Shown here one piece after another: positions 50,140-60,701 of a stretch of 64,000 bases of DNA. The position numbers and the translations under genes were made by a program. Origin of the DNA: Planctomycetota bacterium (GTDB lineage Bacteria; Planctomycetota; JAJSAM01; JAJVHW01); contig CBDFJG010000004.1 in NCBI GenBank assembly GCA_965248445.1, positions 1,536,001 to 1,600,000 of the forward strand, read 5' to 3'. Under the pieces are notes generated by a model, which was given only the letters and a program-made list of their open reading frames with translations, had not been told where the DNA came from and searched no databases. Every line of letters starts with the position of its first letter. Position 1 is the stretch's first letter.

Positions 50140-50505
50140 TCACTCGTCCAAGACGGTCAGGCGGACCGGGAGCCCTTCCGGGGCCTCTAGGATCGTGCGG
50201 ATCTCGGCCATCCTGTCGGCGACCCGTTCGGGCAGCACCACGCGGAGGCGGTCTGGTGCCAGCGCCAATACGTCGCGGCGGTCGTAGCCGGCTTCGAGCA
50301 GGCGTACGTCCAGCCGTGAGATGGCTCGCAGCATGTCCTCCTCGGTCGGCGCGCTGCCGTCGAGCGCGGTGACCCTGTAGATCAGCTCCGCTCGGCTCGT
50401 GTCCGGGGCGCAGCCGCCGAGCGCGCACGACGCGGCGATCCCCGCGGCGATCCCCGCGGCGAGCGCTGCCGCGCGAAAGCGGCCAAGGGCACGTGCATTC
50501 CACAC
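50140..50505 (-). CDS. Small lipoprotein resembling the SecD first periplasmic subdomain
   Basis: LGGC lipobox; LIYRV...AISRLDVRL..AG......DRLRVVLP pattern. Confidence 0.5.
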   Translation of the reverse strand: MWNARALGRFRAAALAAGIAAGIAASCALGGCAPDTSRAELIYRVTALDGSAPTEEDMLRAISRLDVRLLEAGYDRRDVLALAPDRLRVVLPERVADRMAEIRTILEAPEGLPVRLTVLDE

Positions 50506-50579
50506 ACGCGGGATGGTATCGAGTTCCCGCGACGACCGCCCGTGGCGGGATCGCGCCACCACGACCAAGGAGCCCGACG

Positions 50580-51089
50580 ATGAACTGGACCGCGCTTCTG
50601 AACGCAGAGATCGAGGGGGTCTACGGCCCGGCTCTCGGCATGCTCGACCTGTTGGATGACGGCGAGCTCGGATGGACGCCGTCGACGGGGTCGAACTGGA
50701 TGAGCACCGGCCAGTTGCTCATGCACCTGACCTCGGCATGCGGCCACTGTTGCCGCGGCTTCATGACCGGCGATTGGGGCATGCCGGAAGACATGTCTCC
50801 GGAAGACATGCTCCCGTCGGCGGACAAGATGCCGGCGGCCGAGAGCGTCGCGCGAGCACGGGAGTTACTCGAGAGCGACAAGGCACTGGCGCTCGCCATG
50901 GTCGCTGAGGCTGGGGAAACCGACCTCGCCGGGAAGATGGTCGCCGCTCCATGGAACCCGACGCCCATGCCACTCGGGCAGCAGTTCCTGCACATGGTCA
51001 ACCACCTGGCCGCGCACAAGAGTCAGCTATTCTACTACTTGAAGCTGATGGGCAAGCCCGTGCACACCGGGACGCTGTGGGGAATGTAG
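50580..51089 (+). CDS. DinB family protein
   Basis: STGQLLMHL and HLAAHKSQLFYYLK motifs. Confidence 0.85.
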   Translation: MNWTALLNAEIEGVYGPALGMLDLLDDGELGWTPSTGSNWMSTGQLLMHLTSACGHCCRGFMTGDWGMPEDMSPEDMLPSADKMPAAESVARARELLESDKALALAMVAEAGETDLAGKMVAAPWNPTPMPLGQQFLHMVNHLAAHKSQLFYYLKLMGKPVHTGTLWGM

Positions 51090-51280
51090 CCTCGCTCGAG
51101 CGGTGCCGAAGCCGGGCGGTCCGCAATCGCGTGCGCCCTGTGGACGCGGCCGCCGTGGCCGCCGGTGGTCAGTAGTCTCGATTGTCCAGGCCGCCGCTCC
51201 TCCCGGTGCGGCCGTCGTGGGATTGGCTAGCCAATGCGACGCGCTCTGCACCGTGCGTCGCGCGAAGAAGGAGAGTTGCT

Positions 51281-51643
51281 ATGCGTCAACTCGTGATCGC
51301 ACTCGGCCTTGTTGTCTTGACCACGGCATGTACTTCGCCGTGGGCGCGGAAGAAGCGGCCGGTCGCACAGTCCCCGCGAGTCGTGTATCAGGCCCCGCGA
51401 GTCGTGTATCAGGCGGCGCCGCCCGTCGTGGTTCCCGGCACCTACAAGGGTCCGGCGACGTACCACGCGAACCCGAAGGCAGGCGGCGGCACGTCGAACC
51501 CGAGTTACGGCGCGAACACCACGTCTCCGACCGGCCCCGGCGCCTACTCGCCTGCGGGAAGCGCGTTCGAGAAGAACCCGGTGCCCGGCAGCGTCCGCGA
51601 GTACATCAACCGCTACGGAAGTAGCGGAACGATGTCCAAGTAG
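51281..51643 (+). CDS. Small Pro/Gly-rich lipoprotein
   Basis: AAGGAG RBS; TTAC lipobox; perfect 21-bp tandem repeat at 51372-51413. Confidence 0.7.
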   Translation: MRQLVIALGLVVLTTACTSPWARKKRPVAQSPRVVYQAPRVVYQAAPPVVVPGTYKGPATYHANPKAGGGTSNPSYGANTTSPTGPGAYSPAGSAFEKNPVPGSVREYINRYGSSGTMSK

Positions 51644-51887
51644 CCGCTCGTCGAGAGGCGGAATCGAGCCCGGACGGGAAATCACGGGACGCCGCGTGCC
51701 GCACTCGGTCAGAATCGGGGAGTTCCGGTGGTGGAGCCGCACGAGTGGGCGGGTCGCGCCGGTCGGACTTTCTGTGTCACGTGACTTCCGCAAGCCTCTC
51801 CTCCCTCTGGGCAACCCCGTCTCCACAACGGGCATCTCCGGTCGGACGCTCCGGTACTCGTCGACGCACGATGAGGAGCTGTGAGAC

Positions 51888-52448
51888 GTGACGAAGAGGA
51901 TCTACATCGGCAATCTGCCGTTCCGTGCGACCGAAGCTGACATACGCGAGTTGCTCGGCAAGTTCGGCACGCTGCACAACCTGAGTCTCCCGACCGACCG
52001 CGAGACCGGTCGACCGCGCGGTTTCGGGTTCGCGGAATTCGATGACGATGTCGCGGTCAAGGCGATCGGCGAGCTGAACGGCTTCGAGTTCCACGGCCGG
52101 CCGTTGCGTGTCAACGAAGCCGTCGAGCGGCAAGCCGGCGGCGGTGGCGGGTACCGCGGTGGCGGTAGCAGCGGTGGCGGTGGCGGTGGTGGGTACCGCG
52201 GAGGCGGTAGCAGTGGCGGCGGCGGCTATCGCGGAGGCGGCGGCGGCGGATCCGGTGGCGGCTACCGCGGTGGTGGTGGCGGCGGCGGCTATCGCGGCGG
52301 CGGCGGAGGTTTCGGCGGCCCCCCCTCCGAGGACGAAGCTCCGATGGAGAACCCGCGGGGACGCCGGGATCCATCGCGTCGCCAGAAGAAGAAGAAGGAC
52401 GACGGCGAGAATCGCAAGGACCGCGAGTGGGACGGCGACTTCGACTGA
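51888..52448 (+). CDS. RRM RNA-binding protein with Gly-rich (GGYRGG) tail
   Basis: IYIGNLPF (RNP2) and RGFGFAEF (RNP1). Confidence 0.92.
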   Translation: MTKRIYIGNLPFRATEADIRELLGKFGTLHNLSLPTDRETGRPRGFGFAEFDDDVAVKAIGELNGFEFHGRPLRVNEAVERQAGGGGGYRGGGSSGGGGGGGYRGGGSSGGGGYRGGGGGGSGGGYRGGGGGGGYRGGGGGFGGPPSEDEAPMENPRGRRDPSRRQKKKKDDGENRKDREWDGDFD

Positions 52449-52611
52449 TCTCGGTCGCGTTCTCTGGCGCGTTCTCTTCCGCTGCGGAGTCGCAGCGCCG
52501 ACAGACGTCTGAACGCGTCGCTCCGGTCTCCCCAGCCCCGGCCCCAGCTCGACCAGCGCCGAAGCGCGATTCCTAGGGGCCCGCGCGGTATCGTCCGCAC
52601 GGGAGGGCACG

Positions 52612-55425
52612 TTGCGCAGGACCGGATTCGCGCTGCTTCGCGGACTCGCCGTCGTGTTGGCGGTGGTCGTCGTGCTGTCGAGCACGGTCGGCTGCCGTTC
52701 CACGAGCGTGAGACGCGGCGAGATCCCGAATTTCCGCTCCTGGTTCGCGCAGTTCGACGGCGACCGCCGCGTGTCCCGGCCTCTCCCGACGGGCTTCGGG
52801 CACTACGGTCAATCGCATCGCGACGTCGTGCTGGCGATCATCCCGAACGCCGTAGCGGGGTGGCGGCCGGGGTCGCTCGCCGGTGACCACCTGTTCGATG
52901 CGGACGGCCTCCGCGGAGTCGACCACCGCGCACACCGCGGGTTCGAGCTCCTGAACCGGAACGGCATCTTCGTCGCTGCAACCGACGAGGGCCGACGCAA
53001 CGCAGTGCTGTCCCAACTGCTCGATCGGGGCGACGCCGATCGGGAACGCCCCGGTGTCCCTGCCTTCGTGGTGGTGGAGGGGTTGCCCAAGGAGGAGTGG
53101 CCCGTCGTCGTCGTCACGTCGGAGATCCTCGTCCGATTCCAACGGTCGTTCCTCGACGACCCCGGGCGCGGAGTCTCGCCACGAGATCGCGTGGATCGGC
53201 TGTTGCGTGATCGGTGGGACGCCCGCGTGGTCAGAGTCCACTCCGCCGATCCGCGGCTACACCTGATCCGCGTCGGAGCGCGCGGGCCGCAGGCCTGGCT
53301 CCGCATCGCGCGCGAGATCAAGGGCGCCAAGGAGTGTGACGGGATCGCGGAACCGAACCTGCTCGTTCCGCACGTTGCTCACTCCGACGATCCGTCGCAG
53401 GACGTTGCAGGGACGCCGACATTCGCGTCACCACCGCCCACGAATGACCCTCTGGTCGGGAAGCAGTGGCCTCTCGCCGCCAGCGGTGCCCTTTCCGCGT
53501 GGAACCGGCCGGTTACGACTTCAAGGGGCAGCAATGATGTCGTCGTCGCCATCCTCGAACCGCACGGTGTGCAGGTCACGCATCCGGATCTCGTCGACAA
53601 CCAGGCCCCGGATCTGCATTGGAACTTCGACGACGACTCGTCGAACCCGCAGAAGGACCGCGAGGCACCGGACGGAAAGCCCATACAGGCCGGCCACGGC
53701 ACGGCGACGGCCGGGTTGGTGGCCGCTTCCGCGGGGAACGGTCTCGGCGTCAGCGGCGTGGCGCCCGGGTGTCGCTTCATGGCGATCTGTCTGGGTTCGT
53801 CGATCTTCGAGGACATCGAGGCGTTCGACCACGCGCGCGAGATGGGCGCGGCGGTTCTGAGCAACAGCTGGGCCTACCCGACGGGGCTCGACGTTCCGGA
53901 TTCGGTCCGCTGCGCGATCTACCGTGCGGTCACGAAGGGTCGCGATGGCAAGGGATGCGTTGTGCTGTTCTCGCTGACGAACAAGACCCGCGACAACTTC
54001 GCGGACACGTCGGCGTGGGCGAACGCCGAGACGCTGTGCGCGGACGTGGGCTACTGGAGCACCGTCGCCGACTGGACGTGGTTCAAGATCCAGGCGGAGA
54101 CGGTATCGGAGGACACGGCCGTGTGGCGGCCGCTCGCTTCGATGCCGGAGGTGATGGCGATCGGTCGATGCACCGACACGGAGAAGTGGGGCCAGTGCGG
54201 GTACGGCGCGGGCATGAGTCTCGTGGGGCCGTCGAACGCGCAGGGTTCGACGGAGACGCGGTCGTGCGACTGGACCACCTTCCTCGGCGTCGCCGACGTC
54301 GTCACGACGGACCTGACCGACGAAGACGGGGAGAACCCCAAGGCCGGCTTCAACTGGGGCAAACCGGTGGGCGAGGCCACAGGAGCATGCGCGTGCAGCG
54401 ACTTCAACGGCGGTGTGACCGAGCTGAACGACGGCGACTACACGGTCTGCTTCAAGGGCACCTCGGCCGCCGTACCGATCGTTGCGGGCGTCGCCGCTCT
54501 CGTGATCTCGGAGTACCCGGAGGCCACGAGCCGCGATGTTCGCAGGCTGCTCGAGTCGACCGCCGTCCCCGTGGACGCGGATCAGGGCAAGTGGGTCTCG
54601 AACCCGGAGACCGGTGACGCCTACAGCCCGCGTCTCGGACATGGCCGCGTCAACGCGGGCGCGGCGTGCGAGGCGGCAGCAGAGCTTCGCGAGTCGCGCA
54701 AGCCGCGGGTGGCGCTCAGCGTGTCCGGACCGAGCAGGGCGGCCGTCGGCGACACGGTCACTTTCTACCTCACGGCCACGAACGAGGCAGCGGCGCCGGT
54801 GCAGGACGTCGTGTTGACCAACGTGTTGCCCGCCGGCTGGACGCACGTCACGCACTCGGGTGACGCGTTGCTGGGTGATGACCGGCTGAAGTGGGCGCTC
54901 GGCACGCTACCTGCGAATAGCGGCCGGTGGTTCACCGTCACGTGCCGTGCGTCTTCCGTCGGCGCCGCCACGAACTATGTCGAGGTGCTGGCGAGCGGCG
55001 CAGAGACGGTTTCGTCGAGCACGACTGTGACGGTCTTCGTCCCGCTCGCGGTCACGGTGACGGCGCCCGCGTCGGCAACCGTGGGATACCCTGAGTCCTG
55101 GACCGTCGCCGTGCACAACGCGTCCGATCTCGGCGTCGAAGGCGTCCGGCTGCGCAACCCGTTCCCGAAGGGGGTGACCGCCGACATGATCGCCTTCGGG
55201 TCCGGCTCTGACGACGTTGCAGTCGTCCCCCCCGGGGCGGTCAAGTCCACCGACGCGATCGTCTGGGAGATCGGTTCGCTGCGCGCGGGCGAGAGCCGCT
55301 ACCTCACGTACACGATCCGGACGACGGCACCGCTCGAGGTCGTGAACAGCGCCTACGCCGAGGCCGATGGCGCCACCCTGGGCGAGGACACGGCGTCCGT
55401 CTGGGTGAACTGGCCCACGCACTAG
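52612..55425 (+). CDS. S8 subtilisin-like protease lipoprotein with two C-terminal DUF11-like Ig domains
   Basis: TVGC lipobox; HGTATAG, SNSW and GTSAAVP motifs; V.LTN.LP.G and W.IG.L..GE DUF11-like motifs. Confidence 0.85.
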   Translation: MRRTGFALLRGLAVVLAVVVVLSSTVGCRSTSVRRGEIPNFRSWFAQFDGDRRVSRPLPTGFGHYGQSHRDVVLAIIPNAVAGWRPGSLAGDHLFDADGLRGVDHRAHRGFELLNRNGIFVAATDEGRRNAVLSQLLDRGDADRERPGVPAFVVVEGLPKEEWPVVVVTSEILVRFQRSFLDDPGRGVSPRDRVDRLLRDRWDARVVRVHSADPRLHLIRVGARGPQAWLRIAREIKGAKECDGIAEPNLLVPHVAHSDDPSQDVAGTPTFASPPPTNDPLVGKQWPLAASGALSAWNRPVTTSRGSNDVVVAILEPHGVQVTHPDLVDNQAPDLHWNFDDDSSNPQKDREAPDGKPIQAGHGTATAGLVAASAGNGLGVSGVAPGCRFMAICLGSSIFEDIEAFDHAREMGAAVLSNSWAYPTGLDVPDSVRCAIYRAVTKGRDGKGCVVLFSLTNKTRDNFADTSAWANAETLCADVGYWSTVADWTWFKIQAETVSEDTAVWRPLASMPEVMAIGRCTDTEKWGQCGYGAGMSLVGPSNAQGSTETRSCDWTTFLGVADVVTTDLTDEDGENPKAGFNWGKPVGEATGACACSDFNGGVTELNDGDYTVCFKGTSAAVPIVAGVAALVISEYPEATSRDVRRLLESTAVPVDADQGKWVSNPETGDAYSPRLGHGRVNAGAACEAAAELRESRKPRVALSVSGPSRAAVGDTVTFYLTATNEAAAPVQDVVLTNVLPAGWTHVTHSGDALLGDDRLKWALGTLPANSGRWFTVTCRASSVGAATNYVEVLASGAETVSSSTTVTVFVPLAVTVTAPASATVGYPESWTVAVHNASDLGVEGVRLRNPFPKGVTADMIAFGSGSDDVAVVPPGAVKSTDAIVWEIGSLRAGESRYLTYTIRTTAPLEVVNSAYAEADGATLGEDTASVWVNWPTH

Positions 55426-55540
55426 ATGGCACACGCACTAGAGTGACCGCAGTCGCGAGGCTCGGACACGCAGCCTGGACCGACCCCCTTTCACCCGCGC
55501 GCGACGCGCTGTAGGTTGATCCCGGGAGGCAGGCCGGGCG

Positions 55541-58500
55541 ATGGCGGTGCAGGTCGAAAAGCTGGGACGTGACAGCGGGTTCATTCCGATCCGCGTCCTT
55601 GCCGGGCGTTACGAGCTGATCTCGCTGGTGGGCGAGGGCGGCGCCGGCCTCGTCTATCGCGCCCAGGACCGCGTGACAGGCCAGACCGTTGCCGTGAAGT
55701 CCTTGCGGCCCGGATATGCAACCGCGATGCCTCGCGTGCGTCGCGAGATCGCAGCGTTGCGCCTGCTGCGCATCCCGGGCGTGGTCACGCTCCTCGACGA
55801 GGTCGAGGAGGGCGAGGAAGTCCACCTCGTCATGGATTTCGTGAACGGGACCCACTTCCCCGGCGACGGCATCGAACTCGACTGGGACCACGTCGCACCG
55901 ACCGTGCGTGCGCTGCTCGAGACGCTCGGCCGTGTTCATGCGGCGGGCGTCATCCACCGCGACCTGAAGCCTGCGAACGTCCTCGTGGACCAGGACGGGC
56001 GCGTCACGCTCGTTGACTTCGGGTTGTCGTTCGGTCCTGCGCTCGGGCGCGGAGTCACGGTCACAGGTGCGGTGGTCGGCACACCGGAGTACCTGGCGCC
56101 TGAGCAGATTCGCGGGCGAGGCGTCGACGGCCGTGCGGACATCTACGCGCTCGGCGTCATGCTCTACCAGGCGTTCGCGGGGAAGCTGCCGTTCGAGGCC
56201 GAGGACTTCGCGGATCTCATCCGCCGCAAGCTGACCGGTTCGAGCATCCCCCTCTCGCGAGCGACCAAGGCGGTGCCGCGCGAAGTGGCGCACGTCATCG
56301 ATCGCATGCTCTCGGTAGACCCCGGCGAGCGCCCGCAGTCCGCGGCTGAGGCGCTGCGCAGGTTGTTTGGTTCCGGCGCCCCGACGACGGGCGAGACAGC
56401 GTTGCCGCGGCTCGGCTCACCGGTGCCGCTCGAACAGACACTGGCCGCTGTGCGCGCGCACAAGTCGATCGACGTCTTCGGTCCGCTCGGCTCCGGCCGT
56501 TCCAGACTGCTGCAAGACACCGCAGATGCGGTCGAGGCGGAGGGCCGCGCGGCTCTCTGGGCGATGCGTGGGCGGAGCCCGTACGCGAGCATCGCACCGC
56601 TGATCGGAGGTCTTGCCGGCCTCGAATCCATGTCGCCGGACGAGGCGTTCGGGATGCTCGACAGCCGTCTGCGTGACACGCTTCGCCGCGGAGACGTGTT
56701 GCTGATCGACGAGCCGTCCCGCATCGATCCCTGGTCGGCTCGCGCGATCGAGCGCTGCCGGAGCGAGGGGTCGATCGTCCGCGTTGCGTTGCACCCGACG
56801 CCGGGGTGCGTCGAAGTCACCGGGCTGACGGCCGACGACCTGCGCCCTCTCTTCGCCGGACCCAGCCGCCTGCTTCACCTCCCCGAGGACGCGGCTGAGG
56901 AACTCTGGCGTCGCACGGGCGGACAGCCTGGTCACGTGCGGTCCGAACTCTCCGCCTGGATACGCCACGGACTGGCTCAGTGGGTGGACGGCGCCGTCGT
57001 CATCACGCGCGCTGCGCTGGACCGCCTGCAGGGCGGACTGCCGATCGGCGACTGGCTGGACAGCGGAGCGCGGGGAGGATCGTCGCGGTCGCGGGAACTC
57101 GATGAGCTCCTCGCCTGGATCGCGCTGGCATGGCCGCACGGCGACTTCGATCTTCTCGCGGACGTCGTCGCGCGGCCGCGCGGGATGATCGAGCCGGAGA
57201 TCGAGATGCTCATCACGGACGGCATGCTGCGGCGGCTCGAGGACGGCCGGCTGCTGCCGCTCGCGGTGGCGGAGAGCCTGCAGACGTGGACCGAGGAACA
57301 GCGGCAGGCCGCGCACCGCGTCCTCGCTGCCGCCCTGCCGCGCGGTGTGCCGGCTCGGCTGCTCCATCTTGCAGCGGCCGGTGAGCCCGCGGAGCTCATC
57401 GCCGAGACCCTGTTGCTCGGCCGCGAACTCGTGCGGACAGGCAATCTCGGCGAGGCACTCCCGCTGCTCGCGCACGCGCTCGATGCCGCGCGCCGCGAGA
57501 ACGATGCAACAGCGCACGAGAATCTGCTGCGTGTACACGCGTGCGCAGCGATCTCACTGGGGACGCAGGGAGCCGAGCCGTGGAGCAGGCGATCTACGAG
57601 CTCGGCCGTGCGCCCGGCCGGTCCGATGGCATCCGGCAGCTCGACAAGCTGCTCCGCGCGGTTCTCGAGGTCCAGCGGGGAGACCCCGACGCCGCGCTGA
57701 AGATGCTCGAGGCCTGCGGCGCGATCGACGATCCGGATCTCGAACTCCGGCGTCAGGGGCATCGCGCGCGTGTCGGCGAGCGGCTCGCGCTCGACCGTCA
57801 ACGAGAAGTGCTGGACGACATCGGTGAGTGGGCGCGGACGACCAACGTCCCGCGGGCGAAGATGAACCACACGACGTGGAGCGCGGGGCTCAGGTTGCGT
57901 GAGGGTCGCTACGCCGAGGCGGCCGCGTTGTTCGAGAACGCAGCCGCGGAGCAGGAGCGAGCGCCGGCACGGATGGCCGGTTTCTTGAACGCCGGAACCA
58001 CATACCTCCGCATCGGAGAGTTCGAGCGCGCGAGCCACATGGCCGAGCAGGCGCTCGACCTGGCTGTCCGGTATCGCCATCCGCTCTACGAGGCGTACGC
58101 GGAGTCCCTGCGGCGCGACATCCTCTATCGCACGGGTGACGCTCACGGGACGGATCGGGAGTTCATCGACGCGATCGCCGAGATCGGTTCACCGGGCATC
58201 GAGGGATACGTCGCGCTCACGGAGGCTGCCACGGGTTGGCGCTCCGGTCAGACCGACGTGGCGCGCGAACTCGCCACGCGCGCGGCGACGCTCTTCTCGA
58301 CGCTGGGCGATCGCGCCGCGTACCTCCTCGCGCGCGGTCTCGAGGTCGAGTGCGGCGACACGCTTCCGAGCAGCGAGTTGCGGAAACTCGTGGCGGAGGC
58401 GCTGGATCAGAGCGACCACACGGCGGCGATCCAGTTCCTCGGCCTCGTCGCCCCGCACGGCGGCAAGCATCGCAAGGCCGTTGGCGATGCGCTCGACCAG

Positions 58501-58590
58501 ATCGTCACGAACGTGCCCGCAGAGCGGCGAGACCTGAGTTTGGAAGTGATGTCCGTGAACGAGGCCATGGCGCGCGCCGTTCCGGGCTGA
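55541..58590 (+). pseudogene. Ser/Thr protein kinase - P-loop NTPase - TPR protein, frameshifted at 57570-57579
   Basis: GEGGAG, VAVK, HRDLKPAN, DFG and GTPEYLAPE; GPLGSGRS and LLIDE; TPR-like helices continue in ORF 57541..58590. Confidence 0.8.
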
Positions 58591-58699
58591 TCCGGACTGA
58601 CCCCCTTGCGGAGACTCATGGGCGCCCGTTACCGTCCGGTATCCGCGAGACGCATGAGATTCCCATGGGGGGAGGACCGCGCCGCGGGGGGAGGGGATC

Positions 58700-59158
58700 A
58701 TGAGAAGCGTACGCAGACGCTTGGGAGCAGCGCTGGTGGTCGCGGCAGTCGTGATGTTCGCGGGCGGACTCTCGGGCTGTACGAACGGCGACTCCGACAA
58801 CGGTGGTGATGTGACGGGGGCGGGTGGCGATGCGACGGAGGGGCCTTCGGCTACCACGTCCATCCACTACGAGAACACGGGGAAGCCGACCCTGTATGAA
58901 GTGCATCGCGGACCGGATCTGACCGACCCGCTGGTCGCTGCCATCATGGACCAGGCCGGGAACCAGCAGGGTCAGGTCTGTTACTCGCCGGCGATGCTGC
59001 CCATCGGACAGCCGGAAGACAGCTTGCATGAGATCGGCCCGACGCCGCCGGCGGGAGGACTGTGCGCTGAGTACGGCCCGCAGCTTCCGGGGGCGAGGAT
59101 TGCGGATTACGAGGGCGATCCAAGCAACCGCATGAACGATCAGCCCTGCCCGGAGTAG
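58700..59158 (+). CDS. Hypothetical acidic lipoprotein with three further Cys
   Basis: GGAGG RBS; LSGC lipobox. Confidence 0.7.
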   Translation: MRSVRRRLGAALVVAAVVMFAGGLSGCTNGDSDNGGDVTGAGGDATEGPSATTSIHYENTGKPTLYEVHRGPDLTDPLVAAIMDQAGNQQGQVCYSPAMLPIGQPEDSLHEIGPTPPAGGLCAEYGPQLPGARIADYEGDPSNRMNDQPCPE

Positions 59159-59168
59159 CATCCTGGAT

Positions 59169-60701
59169 GTGCGCCGGCTCGTCCTGAACACCACGCTGTG
59201 CGCCGCGACACTCGCAGTGCTCGCGGCGGCACCGGCGGTGTCTCAGGACGAGAAGGCCCCGGCGCCCGCCGCGCGCCTCGCGAACGTCATCGTTCTCGGG
59301 AAGACACAGCTGCTCGCCGACGCGGCCGCGTTCGATACGTTCTGTACCGAGAACGCGGGGCGCAAGCGATCCGAGTTGCGCACGGAGATCGTCGGGCGTC
59401 TCAAGGAGATCGCCGCGGCCGAGCGTCCTGCACTGCTGAAGGCGCTCGGCTCCCCGGAGGAGTACCAGACGCTCTGGCTGCTGAACGCGGTCGTGGTGCG
59501 GGTACCGGTCGCAGAGGTCGAGAAGATCCGCGAACTGAAGCCGGTGAAGTGGGCGTACGGCGCTGGGGCGGTCCCCGAGTGGAACCCCAAGGTCGTGCAG
59601 AACGCCCAGAGCAAGGTGTCCACGGTGCTCGAGCCGGTGGGCGAGCGCGAGCCGTTCGTCGTCAAGGGGAAGACGATTCCCTGGAACCTGAAGGCGCTAG
59701 AAGTCCCGCGTGTGTGGAAAGACCTGAAGGTCACGGGCGAAGGGGCGCTGGTCGTCTCGATCGACAACGGGCTGAACTACAACCAGCAAGATCTCACGGC
59801 CAACATCTGGCGGAACGCAGGCGAGACTCCGAACGACGGCAAGGACGATGACGGCAACGGACTCATCGACGACGTGTACGGGTTCGACTTCAGCAGGCTC
59901 TCGCCGGAGATCCTCGATGTCGGCAAGCGGCAGCACGGCACGCTCACGAGTTCGCTCGTCGTAGGCGACGGCACCGGCGGCACGGTGACGGGTGTTGCGC
60001 CGCGGGCGAAGCTGATGCCTCTGCGGGCTGCAGGCGGGCCGTTGCTGTCGGCGCGGGCGATGCAGTACGCGCTCGAGCAGGGCGGCGACGTCGTGTCGAT
60101 GAGCTTTTCGATCCCGCTGAAAGGGGACATCCGCGGACTCTGGCGCATGATCGCGGAGAACGCGACGTGCGCCGGACTGGTGCTCGTCTCCGGAGCCGGG
60201 AACTTCCAGCAGACCGAGGAGGTCCCGGTCCAGATCCGCATCCCCGAGGGCATCCCGTGCGTCATCTGCGTCGGTGGCGTGACGGAGAAGCTGAAGCTCT
60301 CGCCGGTCTCCAGCATGGGGCCGGTGGAGTGGGGCACGGTGAAGTTCTACGAGGATCACGCGATGCCGAAGGGACTGATCAAACCGGACGTGTCCGCGTT
60401 CCCCGGCCCCGCGATCGGGCTGGTGGGCACGCAGGGCAACGACACCTACCTGGGGAAGAACAATCGGCGCCGCGGCAACTCCCTCAGTGCGCCACAGGTC
60501 GCGGGCACGATTGCGCTGATGCTCTCCGCCAATCCCGAGCTGACGCCGTGGCGCGTGAAGGCGATCCTCGAGGAGACGGCGAAGGACGTGAAGCCGAAGG
60601 GCAAGGACGTCGAGACGGGTGCGGGCCTGGTGAACGCCTACAAGGCCGTGAAAAAGGCGATCGAAGAACGAGCGCCGGAGACCGCGACGACACCCAGATG
60701 A
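59169..60701 (+). CDS. Secreted S8 family serine protease
   Basis: Signal peptide; SIDNG, DDDGNGLIDD, HGT, GAGN and GNSLSAPQVAG motifs. Confidence 0.9.
   Translation: MRRLVLNTTLCAATLAVLAAAPAVSQDEKAPAPAARLANVIVLGKTQLLADAAAFDTFCTENAGRKRSELRTEIVGRLKEIAAAERPALLKALGSPEEYQTLWLLNAVVVRVPVAEVEKIRELKPVKWAYGAGAVPEWNPKVVQNAQSKVSTVLEPVGEREPFVVKGKTIPWNLKALEVPRVWKDLKVTGEGALVVSIDNGLNYNQQDLTANIWRNAGETPNDGKDDDGNGLIDDVYGFDFSRLSPEILDVGKRQHGTLTSSLVVGDGTGGTVTGVAPRAKLMPLRAAGGPLLSARAMQYALEQGGDVVSMSFSIPLKGDIRGLWRMIAENATCAGLVLVSGAGNFQQTEEVPVQIRIPEGIPCVICVGGVTEKLKLSPVSSMGPVEWGTVKFYEDHAMPKGLIKPDVSAFPGPAIGLVGTQGNDTYLGKNNRRRGNSLSAPQVAGTIALMLSANPELTPWRVKAILEETAKDVKPKGKDVETGAGLVNAYKAVKKAIEERAPETATTPR

Noticed and set aside
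52135..52320. GGCGGT-rich repeats as a non-coding repeat array
   Set aside because: Fully explained by the Gly-rich GGYRGG tail of the RRM protein.
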